A DNA stretch of 64,000 nt from Schizosaccharomyces osmophilus (Eukaryota). Under the pieces are notes generated by a model that did not search any database, was not told the origin of the DNA, and saw only the letters and a list, made by a program, of their open reading frames with translations. Made by a program: the position numbers and the translations under genes. The stretch covers positions 1,798,001 to 1,862,000 of the forward strand of contig NC_079239.1 of the NCBI RefSeq assembly GCF_027921745.1, read 5' to 3'. The number at the start of each line of letters is the position of its first letter. Positions within the stretch are counted from its first letter, which is position 1. Shown here piece after piece: positions 1 to 13,520 of the stretch.

Positions 1-194
1 CCCAGACTGATTTCATCTACCTTTGGGACATGAGTTTGCTGATAGTCCATAGAAATAACTGAGATTTCTTCCAAGCGTAAGTCTGCGTGCGCTTTCGGAA
101 ACCACTTGGAGGGTTTTTTAGACCTGAATTCGTTCTTTAATGAGAATATATCTTGAACTGGATTTTCACAGTTAATTTTAATGTAATAATGCAT
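1..194 (-). CDS. 5' part of an Etp1/BRAP2-like RING/zf-UBP ubiquitin ligase (runs off window edge)
   Basis: ATG at 194; open frame MHYYIKINCENPVQDIFSLKNEFRSKKPSKWFPKAHADLRLEEISVISMDYQQTHVPKVDEISLG to base 1. Resembles the fungal Etp1 N-terminus; position matches recalled S. pombe SPAC16E8.13. Confidence 0.6.
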   Translation of the reverse strand, partial: MHYYIKINCENPVQDIFSLKNEFRSKKPSKWFPKAHADLRLEEISVISMDYQQTHVPKVDEISL

Positions 195-385
195 GCATTG
201 ACAGTTTTTATAAAAGTGGATGGCGATTTGGAAGTCAAACTATGCAATCAAATAGGGAATGAAGAAACTTGATGAAACGCAAGTTTGTAAAGACAGAAAA
301 TAATAAAATTAATAAATAGAAAGGAAAGCATGTAGGGAAAGTTCATAGTTCATGAATCAACCAAAGATGAGGAAAGCAACCAATT

Positions 386-696
386 GTGTTACAAGTGCAT
401 TGATCTGGTCAGTAGAGCTTTTCTTTCAATAATATACAAGCTCTTATGTCTTTGGGAAACTTAAAGATAAGAAAAGGTCGCTCGGAGACTTTTTACTTGA
501 CACGAAGCACAGGAAAAGACCTTACGCTCTTTTGAAGGTCTCAGCAAGAATCAGTATAATAAAAAAAACCCCCAACTTTCAATTTGAGACAATTTTATCT
601 TGCAGTTCAATGGCTGGGCTCCTTCGTAGTAGAAAAGCTGTCAGCCAAAGACTTAAGGTCAGATGACTGGAGACATAAAAGCCAGGATATACATAT
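386..696 (+). ncRNA. Candidate box H/ACA-type structured ncRNA
   Basis: Several complementary stems; ANANNA boxes at 509-514 and 587-592; terminal stem 596-602/683-689 followed by ACA at 691-693. No ORF. Strand inferred from G-U pairs and box placement. Confidence 0.45.
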
Positions 697-1078
697 TTTT
701 AATGAAAGTTTAGTAGTGAAATAGTAATGAAAATAGAAACACCAAATACATGTGAAGAAATATCAGAATTCGAAACGAGCACACTCCAAACGAACCTCAC
801 TTTTACAAACGCTCGCTTTACAAGCTATTAAAGTGTAGTCTAGTTCACCCATTTTAAAAATTTAGGTGGGTTTTATTGTTGCAAAGGTGGATTAGTAGCA
901 GATTGAAACGATTTAAAACGACTTTGGAAGGAAAAGGAGGAAAGCAACTCCAGGACTCCGTAGACGCGATTTTGGGATATTCAGTATTGTATGAAATTAA
1001 TAAACAAATAGAAAGAAAGAAAGAAGCTAGATCTTGATGATTTTATAGTTCTTATAGGGGCAATAACAAGCAATAGCA

Positions 1079-1769
1079 ATGCCAGAAGAAAATACACAAG
1101 AAGTTGGCATGAACCTGCTACTAGAAATGGCCGATGGTATAATTATTTATTTCTGTTCTTTTTCTCACTCTTGTCTTAGTGTTGGACGCAACTCCAAGTG
1201 ATTTGTCTTCGGATTTTAGTAAAATCCATTGCTTAGATGGAAAAATCAAGGGTATGTAGTTGAGAGTGATCGATAAATGGTGTATCAAAGCTTGAATACA
1301 TGTATTAATTATCTCATTAGAAATGCAAATGGCCTTGGATGCTTCCGTTCACAAAATTATGAGCTCCAATGCCACCCCGGATGAAAGATCTTCCATAATA
1401 CAAAACATTGTGGAAGTTGTAAAAAAGAATTCACCCCTTATCCATAGAAAAGCTCATATATCTATGCACACAGAAGCTGTATCCAAGCAAAACCTTTCGA
1501 GGTTGCAGACTTGCTTTCAGGCAATGGAAATGATCTATCCTCATTTTTTTATTCCATACGTTGCTGCCCCAGAGCCTTTGGAATCCCGCCGTGAAAAGCG
1601 AGTACCTACTAGATCATCAAAGCGGCGACAAGGAAGGGATGCCAGCGCTAAGGAGACGAGTGAAAAGAAAAAGAAACCGGATGCTGTTGACTCTCTTGTT
1701 CATTCTCCTAACTTTTCAGATCAACAATCAGACGCTTCCACAGTAGCAGGTTTAAATGATTTTCCGTAA
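1079..1769 (+). CDS. png3: ING-family protein without PHD finger (Png3-like), ~192 aa, 2 introns
   Basis: Exons 1079-1136, 1180-1251, 1321-1769 join in frame: MPEENTQEVGMNLLLEMADVLDATPSDLSSDFSKIHCLDGKIKEMQ..., an ING N-terminal coiled-coil pattern. Basic NLS-like tail, no Cys-rich PHD. Confidence 0.7.
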
Positions 1770-2281
1770 AGCGAACATCAATGTGTGACAAGCCGGTCCT
1801 TGCACATTTATTTGTTTCCTTTTATATATAAATGCTCGCTCACGCTCTCTCTCTTTACAATAATCTGCTGTAATCTTGTGGATAGCCAAACTATAGTGTC
1901 TCTTCCAACGTCGTTCTGCTATGCTACTTTCTTGACTTCTGTTTCTTTTCGCTAAACAGCATTGGCATTGGGTCTACTTTCTCTTGTCTGAAGACAGTCT
2001 CGATGGTTGTCTTTATTTTGGTAGTAATGTATTAATTATTAACGACCTTTATTATCTTTAAGGGCCTTTGGATTTCAATAAGAGTAAAATACGTAACGAT
2101 TAAAAGGAAATTTCAAAATGATATTCATTGTGAAGTAATAAGTTAATAGAAAAATCTACTTTCCTGAAACTAAAGAGAAACGTTAATAACATCTATTTTT
2201 GTCTTGATGAGTTAATCTTCATTTGGTAGATGAAACATACCAAAAGTTCAGAATCGCCATTCTCTACTACCACTTTTGAAA

Positions 2282-4121
2282 ATGGGGGATCGTGTAGAGA
2301 CGTTTGCTTACTTTAAAAAGAAAATAGGTAAGGAAGAAATATGATTTTGTATAGCTAATAAATAGGTGTTTTATCGGTAGATACCAGGATGAAATGGGTC
2401 GCTGAAGGAAAGACGAATCCAGCAATTGATATCTCTTTTGATGCAATAGCAAGTAAGAATAACCATAATTTATTTCTTCTTCAACACTAACAACAACGAA
2501 GATTTGCAAATGACACCGGCATCGTCTGCAAAGATCATGGTTCGTGTTTTTATTATTATGAACAAAGGTGAGGAGCCTACGCCCTTGGTTTTTAGCTTTA
2601 CGAATTTAAGTAATGCTCGTCAAAACTGTGAAATGATTACGGCAGAGCTTCAGAAAGCAATTACTAGGCAACGGGATAATACAGTGTCCGATGAAAAATC
2701 ATTCGGAGTGGAATCCCTGAATGAGAAGTATCTGATGGAGGACATTGACCTTCAAGAATCACTTTTGACGAGCAATAGTGAGATGTTTCAAACATTTAAA
2801 GAAGCGGTCATGAAAGGCCACTTAAGTAACGAGCAATTTTGGTCTACGCGATTGCATTTGTTACGTGCTCATGCTGTGGAAAGATCACAGCAAAAAGGAC
2901 CGTATAATGTTTTATCGTCAATAAAGCCAAAAACTGTGGATAATCAAATGAAGGTTTCATTGACCCGCCAGCAAATTCATGATATGTTTGAACAGCAACC
3001 ACAACTTCGAACAGTTTATGACAAGCATGTCCCTCCGTTAGCTGAAGGAGAGTTTTGGAGTAGATTTTTTCTGTCGAAGCTCTGTAAAAAGTTTCGTGGA
3101 GACCGGATTACGCCTATGGATCCTTATGATGACATTATGGATCAGTATTTAAATGTCGATGAGGGTATTTTAAAGCATATTATTGTTTTTGTGGAATTCT
3201 CTACTGACACCTAGTTTAGAAGATCCAACTAGGAAGGATGAACCTCCTCCATCTCATGTACTAGACATCGAGGGAAACATACAAAATGCAAGTGTACTTG
3301 CCGAGCTACGTCCAGATATTACCATGCGTATAGATAAGGAGGCCATTCCTTTTATGAAGAACATTAACCAATTATCGGAAAGACTTTTGGAAAAAAGCCT
3401 GGGGTAAGGAAATACTAGAAAGGCAATTCTGACTCTGGTTTAGGAACTCGAAGCGTCTAAAGACTGAAACCGAAAATCAGTACTTGCAGGAGTCTGGATT
3501 TCATGATCTAGAAGAAGATCACAAAGACACCAAAGTCATACTAAATATCCAAGAACAGGATCAATTCTTAGAAAAAAATTTTGCTCCTTCGTCAAAGCAA
3601 TCAACGGAAGAGCCTCTGCCACCTCTGGAAGTTTTACAAAGCCTTTACCAAGAGGAATTAGTGGAGTTGGATAATACCGATCGCGACGAGAATGCTTTGG
3701 CAGAAGCTGCTCAACAGCTTACCCACGCTATGAGAGAAAAACATGAGTTTGAGACTCATGGTACGGATATGAATGTTCCGAAAGATATAAAGGAAGAGGT
3801 ATCTATGTGCCATACTGTGAGTGTCGAATTTCTACACCAGTTTTGGAGTGCCTTATTTAGTCCAAACTATTCTGATAAAAATGTCATGGCACCTTTACAG
3901 CAAGCATTATTGAATTCTAAAGTCCGGGTAGATGCCATAGTCTCGCAGGCTAAAAAGCGAAACGTCAATCCGTCTTATATCTATCAGGTAAGGTTTGCTT
4001 CGTACTATGTCTTTTCGATTGCTAATGAAAATAATCATAGTTGGTTTCGTCAATCCTTTCTTCGATTGATGTTGCATTAGGGGAATATCAAAGAAGGCTG
4101 TCCATGGTTCCTTCGACTTAA
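2282..4121 (+). CDS. tfb1: TFIIH subunit Tfb1/p62 (PH + BSD domains), multi-intron
   Basis: ATG 2282; ORF segments 2504-3214, 3183-3407, 3484-4080 joined by GT..AG introns; motifs EQFWSTRLHLLRAHA, QQKGPYNVLS, EFWSRFFLSKL; last exon 4041-4121. Confidence 0.93.
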
Positions 4122-4564
4122 AGCCAGGTTTTTCGTAGCACCAATATCTCTTCAATTTTTATTATGATGCCCATTTTACGACTGACTACCATTTTAATAC
4201 AACATTCGCACCTAATTTTAGAAAATAGACACGACAAAAATAAATTGGGATTTGAGATTTTAAAATACTTTCGTTCTTGTAAATTATAGCATTCAAAACA
4301 CAATAATACAAATCTTATAATTCATTCATAAAACCAACTTTCGGCGACTAACAATTTCAAAATAATTTAAATTAGAATTAAATTAAACCAAATTTGCAAG
4401 AGTAATTTCGTCCTTAATATTACACTTGTTTACTTCAAATATATGTCTGGTGCACTATTGTTACAACTTGAACACCAACTCACATGGAAAGAGACCTGAG
4501 TCTTTCTTTGGTAAAGAAAAGGAAGCAGTTATTCAAAGCAGGTCTTTAAAAAGGTTACTATAAA

Positions 4565-5419
4565 ATGTTTAATGTTAGAGCGAATGTGTTGAAGGCTATC
4601 AAGTTCCCTGTATTTCAAGGTTTACGAACAAAATCTCCTACATATACAAAATCTAGGTTTTGTAACCATTTACGATTATTTCAAAGTTTAAGCATTCAAA
4701 GGAATAAGAATTCATCTTCCGCAGTAAATGGCGAAGAACGGAGCAGTCCTGGTTTAGAAAATCTCCTTGCTCAATTACAGGAAGCGGTTGGTGAAACAAC
4801 AAAGGAGAAGGATAGTTTAGTAGCAGAGCCTCAAGAGGAGAAACCGGACGGAAATTTTTTGGAGACGGTTTGGTCAAATTCCTCAAAGTCAGTGGAGGAA
4901 GTCATTAATCGACCTTTTCAAGTAGACCCAGCTGTGCAGCATTTAGTCAATATGATTATGAGGGACGGGAAAAAAACAAAGGCAGAGAAAATTGTCGCTA
5001 CTGCTTTAACCACTATACAAAAAGAGAAAGGAAAAAACCCAGTGACTTTACTGAGGCAAGCTTTGGCTGATATCTCACCCATTATGAAATTGGTAAGTTA
5101 GACTGAAAAATTGGTGATTCTCGATTTTGCTTTTCTTTCTTTGATTTAAAATTACATATTAACATGCGGCTAGATTACTGCTAAACGATTCAACAAGGGC
5201 GTCGAATTTCCTATACCCTTGAAAGAGAAGCAAAGGAGGAGGATAGCCATTAAATGGCTTTTGGATTCATCCAAGTCCCATAGTTCAAAACGACTTTCAG
5301 AAAGGCTTACGAAAGAAATCCTCGCAATTCTTGATACCACCAGTTCCTGTTTCAAAAAGAGGGACCATTTGCACAAGATGTGTTTAGTCAACCGTGGTAA
5401 TGCTCCTATTCGTGTATAG
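4565..5419 (+). CDS. rsm7: Mitochondrial ribosomal protein uS7m, 1 intron
   Basis: S7 motifs VQHLVNMIMRDGKKTKAEKIV, KQRRRIAIKWLL, KKRDHLHKMCLVNR; basic presequence; intron ~5094-5173. Confidence 0.92.
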
Positions 5420-5596
5420 TTTTATTCTTTATCTACCATTTAATGTATATAAGCGTATATTTGCTGAAATCCTTCTTAATTTCACTGATACGCTTCACTC
5501 AATACACTTTGAACTTTTTATTGTATTGTATTGTATGCTAAATTCCTCTATATAAATAATATCAATGATATGCAATCTAGTCATTAGCAAAGCTTA

Positions 5597-8218
5597 CTAA
5601 CAAACAACGTGCAAGGTTGTAGTGTCCATGCCCCTGATTTGTTTAGGATCTAACATTTCATAAGTACATGTCTCAAACGCCATTAAAACATCCTCATCAG
5701 AAGTAATCGTAATAAAGTCACCATCTTCATCTATATACTTTAACCGAACACTTGATGAATCATCATCCTTCGTAATTCCACATAATTTTATCTTGTGCTC
5801 CACTTTGCTCAACAATTCGCCAAAAGTAATATTTCGTGGAACAATCATTGCAAAACTCACATCATGAAGTTGCAAACGGACCATGACTGAATAACATCGT
5901 GCCATATAAGGTGTATCTGAAGTAACCGGTTCACCCCTTTGAGAATTGGACCCATCATTGTAAGATAATCGATTATCGGAATTATCACTTTGCCGCACAG
6001 TGGAAAAATCCAACAAGTCATCCATCATTCCAGTTTCTGAATCCCCAACTTGTGATTGTTGCCCAGATATATTTGAGCGACTATAGTTATAATCACTTAA
6101 AAGTGAATTCACCTGACTCAGATGAGAAGTTTGGCTCGCTCCCGAGGGATTAGATACAACAGATGAGGAATCATTGCCGATAAATTCTGACGCGGCTTGT
6201 GAGTTGCCGGAAACGGACCTGGTCAATTCCTCACCATTGAGGCGTAAATCAGGGTACTCGAATTTGTCAGGGCTAGTTCGTTGATTTCCTTTGGAAATCC
6301 CGTTTTTAGAAAATGGACTAGGATTAGATATCGGGCTTGAGAAGCTTAATGTCTGGTTGAAAGCATCATCAAGCGAATGCGTCCGCATCAAATACGGTTT
6401 TGAAGGGCTGCCAATCTTCACAGATTTGGTACCATCCAAGCCATGATGGCCAAGTGATGAAGATGATGCATTCCGAGCATCTATGGGTGGGCCCTCCTTT
6501 TTCTTTATGAGTCTTCCTAAAGTTGAAAGCCACAACCTATGGCTTTCTTCATTCCTTAATTTTAATACAAAGGATTCATTATGTGGGTCACCTCTCCAAA
6601 AAATGTGAAGAGCATATGGGTCGGCACTAGTATTTGGAACAACGGCAGTAATATTGGAAACCAAAATTCTTCCTTTTAGTTGGAGAGTATCCATCCTCTT
6701 TGGCTTTTTGTTAATGCTGATACTGCGTGCCTGCTTTTTTAGAGGGGAAAGTTCTTTACAACACAAAAGTATTTTTTCGAAAAGATAGACATAATACTCT
6801 CGTTCAATGTCGGCTTTAGAGACGTTAACAACATCCCACAACAAAAGTTGTCCAAAAAATGATAAAGAATAGCCTTTCCAATCAATAACTCGCTGTTCAA
6901 GCTCAGTTATCGCAGACCTATTTTCATGAATACGTCTGGTTTCGTTCACTTTGTTAGCTATACGAACGACGCATGCCATTCCTTGTCTTAATTCTTCATC
7001 ATAGGGATAATCAAGGGGAGTATTTTTAATTAATTGAGATAAAAGGAGTGGATATTTACAGATTCGTTGAATGGGTTTGATTAGCAACGCAGGAAACTCG
7101 TAATAAGGCTCCAAGAGATAGCCTAATTCGGTGAGCTGTGCTTGATTATCAATAATTAATTGCTGGGCAGTAGGAAAATTCAAACAAAATACTTGGTAGA
7201 CAGAAAAACGCTCCTCCAAAGCAAGAAATAACGCACCTATACGCTGCTCGTGAGGCGGTAGTGACAGATTCATTTCTAGCCCAACTAGAAACCTCCTTTG
7301 AAAATCAAGGATTTCGTTTAAATTAGTAAAAATTTTCAGTATCGTTTCTAAAGATAATACTTTGCGTTGCTGTAATGTAGTCATGAAATCAGACAGATAT
7401 TCCAAGTCTTGGATATATTTTAATTCCGTCTCATATATTTCTGCGAGAACCCTTTGGCCGGTTTCTATAAGAAAATGAAGCATACCTGGTGACGTTTCTT
7501 TAGTTGCTTTCAGATGTTGGCCAACGGGCAAGTTTTCGTATTTATCAAGCAAAGTCTCAACGGTTTTCAGTGCCTTAATTAATGAGGACGTAGAGTCGCT
7601 GAAGGTTTCAGAGATAGAAAAAAGAACATTATCCCCGAATCCAAGATTCTTTTTGCACATTAACAAAAATCTGTAAAGCTCTGCTTTACATGCATTTCTA
7701 TTTTCCAAAGTGACAGAAGAATTCACATTTACGGGTTGGTCTGGAGAGACCGCATTGTATAAAGCGCAAAGAGGATAGCCGAAACGGCAAAATAGCCATA
7801 ATTCAGTTACTGGGTCATCGTACGAAATTCCATTGATGTGTAAAACCTTAAAAGGAGTAACATCTGCAACGGAATGTATAAACTCCAGTATGTGTTTTAG
7901 GCCTGGTATCATCAACAAGCGTTTCCGTATATTTCCGCAACGCCTGTATAAAGATACAGTATTTTCTAGAGAATATATAACTTTGGACGGTGGCTGAAGC
8001 AAACGAAGCTTCATATACTCAGATATATTAGTATCATCTTTGTTGGCCAAGCTCGTAGTACTAGAGTTTACGTAAGTGGGAAGTGACTTGGAAGAAACTA
8101 TATTCTGTTAGCTTTGAAACAAACATAAAAAACATGTATGCGAACAAGTTTCCTGGCATCCCTCAGTTTAGCCTGCAGATGACTTTTATATACCTTTTCT
8201 TGCCTGACGAATTGGCAT
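5597..8218 (-). CDS. scd1: Cdc42 GEF Scd1/Cdc24 (CH-like, DH, PH, PB1)
   Basis: ATG 8218, short exon plus one intron, then 817-aa ORF with ETELKYIQDLE, LIKPIQRICKYPLLL, YLFEKILLCCKE and PB1 LKYIDEDGDFITITSDEDV. Confidence 0.96.
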
Positions 8219-8952
8219 TCTTTTAAGTTATCATTCAATACTTTCACCTATTTAAAGCAAAAAAGAGATCTATTTTTATCCTTCTCCGAATTGAAGGATG
8301 GTGTCAACCGCTCTCATATAGTATAATGCTTGGGTTAAGCACAAACTCAAAAACTGAGTAGAACACGATTAACCTAGAATCATACACAGAAAAGGTAAAA
8401 TTTCACTCTCTTTACAAGGCGCAAATCCTTTCTTTTCACAACTTTTAATAGTTTAAAACAATTGTAGGGAAAACTAGTATTCTTGGTGTGTAATGTTTAG
8501 GTGGTAGGGCAAGTGATTTTGGGTATCGCTACGTTGTATAATATGGGTTTTGCGTAGCGTGCTGTTTCATTGGAAAAAAACAAATAAAAATACGAAAAAG
8601 CTAGCTGAAAGGCATTTGTAAAAATAGGGATGAAAGGAAAGGAAAAAATACATTCCATCCAAACTTAATGATGGAATAACACCTTTAAAATGGCAGTCAT
8701 ACATCAAAATCATTAATGTAAAAATCGTAGATTCATTTGGAATGAAACAAGTTTATAAACACTAAAGACCCAAAACAAGTTAAATAATAAAAGAAAGTGG
8801 AGTCAGAGATAGGAAAATAAAAAGAATGGAACATTTCTACGCTCAAGAGTAGAAAGATTCAGCACTTCGTAGCTTTCAAGAAAGTAGGAGAAGAAGGGGA
8901 AACGAATAAGTGGGACGGACAATGGGGATTGGAGGAGTTCAATACACTTTCT

Positions 8953-9809
8953 TTACAGAAGATTGTTGTCTGCTTCATCATTGAAGGAACAGATATTGTA
9001 TAATTTCTCAGAAAGCAATTCGCTGCGAAAAAAGTATTGTCGTAATTGAAGCAAGCAGTCAGGAGTGACATTTCCAGAATTGCTTATTTCTCGTAAATAT
9101 GTATTTTGTTCTGCACCCAACTTTTGCCAATCTAGGAGAATATTCGCCAAAGTCTCTTTATCCAAAGAAGAGTTAGAGATTCGAGATGGTTCATGAATCT
9201 CATTAGATTTCAAATTTGACGGTATCTTAGCCAGTGCTTTGCTGATTCTCTGAAGATCAGCAATGATGGAGGGTACAGACATATCTGAGGAAGGACCTGG
9301 ATCCTCCAATATATCAAGTCTTTCCAACTGCGATTGCACTTCTTTCACAGATGCGTGAAGAATTGTTGGTACTTCACTAGAAATGGAGGTCTTTTTGCTT
9401 TCCTTCTCTATATTCAATGCCCCTTGCATAAGTGTACTCACCAGTTTCGACAACCGACTGATTTCAGCAACCTGCCATTTCTCCTCTGTTTCCTTTAAAC
9501 ACATTTTGGAATCCTCGAAATCTACAAGAAGTTTTTCGATACCATTATCTTTGTTCTTCTTGTCGCCTAGTAAATTTAGAGCTTTGGCGTATGCTGATTG
9601 GTATTCAACTTTTTTTTTCAATGCCTCTTTTTTTGCTTTTAGAAGTAAGTATTTCTATGTATATCGTTAGCTAAAATTCCTCTAGTGTCTTTCCTGTGTA
9701 ATCGTACATTTTGGGATTCACTGAAGTTCGCACCATCGTACAGCGGCTCTTTACTACTTTGCAAGATAGAATGGTTCAACAAATACGAACTGGCTGGTGA
9801 TAAAACCAT
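8953..9809 (-). CDS. pos1: Schizosaccharomyces-type coiled-coil protein (probable Pos1, Spa2 partner)
   Basis: ATG 9809, MVLSPASSYLLNHSILQ...; intron ~9707-9656 (GTACGA..CTAAC..TAG) joins in frame to ORF 8953-9621. Name from recalled synteny only. Confidence 0.55.
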
Positions 9810-10565
9810 ATCGGAGCGAACAGCAACTCAAAGGGTTCTACTTTGTGTCGTTTTTGCTGCTAAAGTCAATGTTTGATTGTTACTTTTTAATGTCGCATAT
9901 AAGTAACATGTAGTAAACAAAGCAAATAGAATATAAATAAAGAAAAAGCAAAAAAAACTGAACGAGCAATTCATGAATGGATTAGTATTGATTTCTTTTT
10001 GTAAAGATGGAACTGATCGAAATCATAGAATAGGAAAGCTACTAATACAAATTCCCATTGAATCATTCCTGCTATTAGTAGGTGATTTAGAGTTCAAAAA
10101 AGAGAAATAGGATAGCTGCTTTTGATTTTGCGTATGTGTTATGATGAATGGAATGAAAAGAAACACACACAAGAAGAATAAAATTGAAAAGAAATAATAA
10201 GCTTCTTTCCATTGTAAATCTTTTCATCTGCTAGATTCTCCTTTTGTTTACGATCTTTTTATAAGTGCTAACACGAGGAAAAGAAAAGCAAGTCTTTAAA
10301 CAATTTTCTTTTTAACCTTTATAAAATAAATATCTTACTACTACGCTTAAGATAAGTAAATTCAGTAATTTCTCGTATATATCATTACAATGACTAGAGC
10401 TGGATATTTATTATTTATTATTTTAATATTTTTATTTGTTTGAGATTTAAAAGAAATATGATTCAATTCATTATACAAATTAAATATACTGTCTTCCATT
10501 AGGAGGGTTTCTTCGTCTTGAATATATCATTAGGCATTCCCGGCCTAAGCACACTCATCCTCGAC

Positions 10566-13153
10566 ATGTCACACTCACTGTATAGTAAGTGAAATATAGC
10601 TTCTGTAGCAAGCAATTAAGACTAACAATGGTATTTAGGATCCGAGGACGTCTCTTTGGTGCAGTTATACCTGCCAACAGAGTCCGTCAGGCCTGTAATG
10701 TTGGCATTGGGGGAATTGTCAACTATTCATTTCAAAGATGTAAGCATTCATCAAAAGACTATCTACTAACAGTGAATTAGCTAAATAAAGATGTCGTAAC
10801 GTTCCATAGGTCTTTTGTTCGAGAGATTCGACTTTTAGATGAAGCTGAACGTCAACTACGTTATCTTCACTCAGAAATTGCTTTAAACAGCATCGAAATT
10901 CCAGAACATCATCTTCCTACAAATTATGAATTTACTCTAGAAACGACCGCAATCGAGGACATAATTGAAAAGATCTCTCGATTGGAATTGCGCGTTAGAC
11001 AGCTAGTGGAGTCAAGCCGAAGTCTGAACGCAAACTATCTTCAACAAATGGAGTACTCAAACGTATTATCTAAAGTTGATGCGTTCTTTGCAAAAAGCAC
11101 CAATGCCCATAACCCTTTTGATATCAATGCTGACAGTGGATCCATGATGGTTGGAGAAGACGATGCCACTGCTCCTCTTATTGAAAACGCTTTAGAATTA
11201 GGAACCACGGGCTCTTTTAACAGTGAAGATACTAATGCTCGAACTTCCGTTTCACTTGACTTTGTTACCGGTATTATCCCCTCTGTGAAGTTTCAGTTTT
11301 TGGAACGTATCCTTTGGCGTACTCTCCGTGGTAACCTCTATATTTACCAAACTCGTGCCGATGAATCTGTTATTCATGGATCTGAAGATGTAGAAGAAAA
11401 AACAGTGTTTTTAGTTTTTGCCCACGGTACTCAAATTCTGTCGAGAATACGTAGAATCTCAGAAAGCTTAGGCGCAACTCTCTTTTCCGTTGACGAAGAT
11501 TCCTCCATCCGCACCGGACAAGTTCAGCAGATAAACGGGAATATCAGTGACATTTTCGCTGTCCTGGAAAACACTCGCTCTGCTCTTTATACAGAACTTG
11601 CTTTTATTGCAGGGCATATCTCTTCCTGGGAATCGATTTTACATAAGGATAAAACTGTTTACCAGGCTATGAATTTATTTAGTTATGATCAAAACCATAA
11701 ATGCCTTATCGCCGAAGGGTGGTGCCCAACCGCTAATCTTCCTTTGGTACAAAAAACACTTCGTGATGTGTCCGATCTGGTTGATTCTCAAGCACCCTCT
11801 ATTTTAAATATCATTCGCACTAAGGAAACACCTCCTACCTATTTCCGAGTCAATAAGTTTACTGAAGCTTTTCAATCACTAATTGATTCTTATGGTGTGG
11901 CTACTTATCGCGAGGTAAACCACGGAATCGTTGCCATTGTTACATTTCCTTTCCTGTTCGCTATCATGTTTGGTGACTTAGGCCATGGTGCAATAATGGC
12001 TGCTGTAGCTCTAATGTTTATAATGAACGAAAAATCCCTGGCAGCCAAGAAGGATATGGATGAAATCCTAGGCATGATCTTTTATGGTCGTTATATGGTA
12101 CTTTTGATGGGTTTATTCTCTATGTACGTTGGTTTCATTTATAACGATTTATTCAGTAAGCCAATGTCTCTCTTCACTTCTCGTTGGGCATGGCCTGTAA
12201 AGAGTGAAGATACCAATGCCAGAGCGATTCAAACCGGAACATATCCGATAGGCATTGATCCTGCTTGGCATAGCGCAGACAATAATCTTTTGTTTATGAA
12301 TTCTTATAAAATGAAGGTTTCCGTTGTTATCGGTGTTATTCATATGACTTATTGTCTCTTCCTTTCTTTATCGAATTATCGATTTTTTAAACGCAAGTTG
12401 GACATATATGCCGTTTTCCTTCCATCTCTTATATTTTTGGAAGCAATTTTTGGATATCTCGTCATTACCATTATATATAAATGGGGTGTCGATTGGAAAG
12501 GTAATGACTGGCAGCCTCCTAGCTTACTAAATATGCTCATTCTCATGTTTTTATCACCTGGAAAAATCGAAGAGCCCTTGTTTAGAGGACAAAAACAATT
12601 ACAAATTATTCTTGTGCTTGCTGCCTTAATTTGCATTCCATGGCTCTTGTGTGCCAAGCCTTACTTGTTATGGCGAGAACATCGCCAGCAAGAAGTCCGC
12701 TATCTATCAGTCAATGATTCGCAAAATGTTGATGAAGAAGCCTTGCTTGATGCTGAGAATGAGGAGCCTCAAGAGGAAGGGTTCGATTTCGGTGAAATTA
12801 TCATTCATCAGGTCATCCACACCATTGAGTTCTGCTTGGGTTGTATTTCCCATACTGCTAGTTACCTTCGTTTGTGGGCTTTATCACTTGCTCACAACCA
12901 GCTTTCAAGTGTTTTGTGGAATATGACTTTAGCTAACGCATTTCAAATGACCGGAGTAGTAGGCTCCATTTTTATTGTAATTCTCTTCGCATTTTGGTTT
13001 ATAGTTACATGCCTAGTTTTGGTGGCTATGGAAGGTACTAGTGCCATGCTTCACAGTCTTCGTCTTCACTGGGTGGAAGGTATGTCAAAACATTTTGAAG
13101 GTGAAGGTTACGCTTTTACTCCTTTCACCTTTTTGCAGTCGGCGGCTGAGTGA
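10566..13153 (+). CDS. vph1: V-ATPase V0 subunit a
   Basis: ATG 10566, introns 10585-10638 and 10740-10780; motifs FLERILWRTLRGN, TFPFLFAIMFGDLGHG, SHTASYLRLWALSLAH, LRLHWVE. Confidence 0.97.
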
Positions 13154-13520
13154 ATAGAATGAAGTTCCTTTAATTTTTTTATGTTTTAAAATCTGAGCTA
13201 AATTATTAAGTTGCTTTGAATTCAATATATACGTTTTCCCAATTAGTGCGCGGTTGTTGATTGTGTGGAAGAGAACTCATTTATATTTCTTTTAATATCA
13301 TTGTATATATTGCATTTACTTTTAAAATTGTAGAAAAAAAAGTAGAAAACATTACCATGTAATCTTGCCCTTTGTAAACCACCTACCTTCCTTCAACACA
13401 CCTAAATTTTATTACTGCTACTTTTGAATTTCTTCAGGAAAGCAATATCATTACCGATTCTTGCCTAAAAACTCTTCTTATTGAGTTGAAAGCACTTCCT
13501 GAATTAAATTTTGTCCAAAA

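Noticed and set aside
386..696. Telomerase RNA or snR30/U17 identity for the structured element
   Set aside because: Too short for TER1 with no template or Sm site seen; the snR30 m1/m2 motifs were not found.
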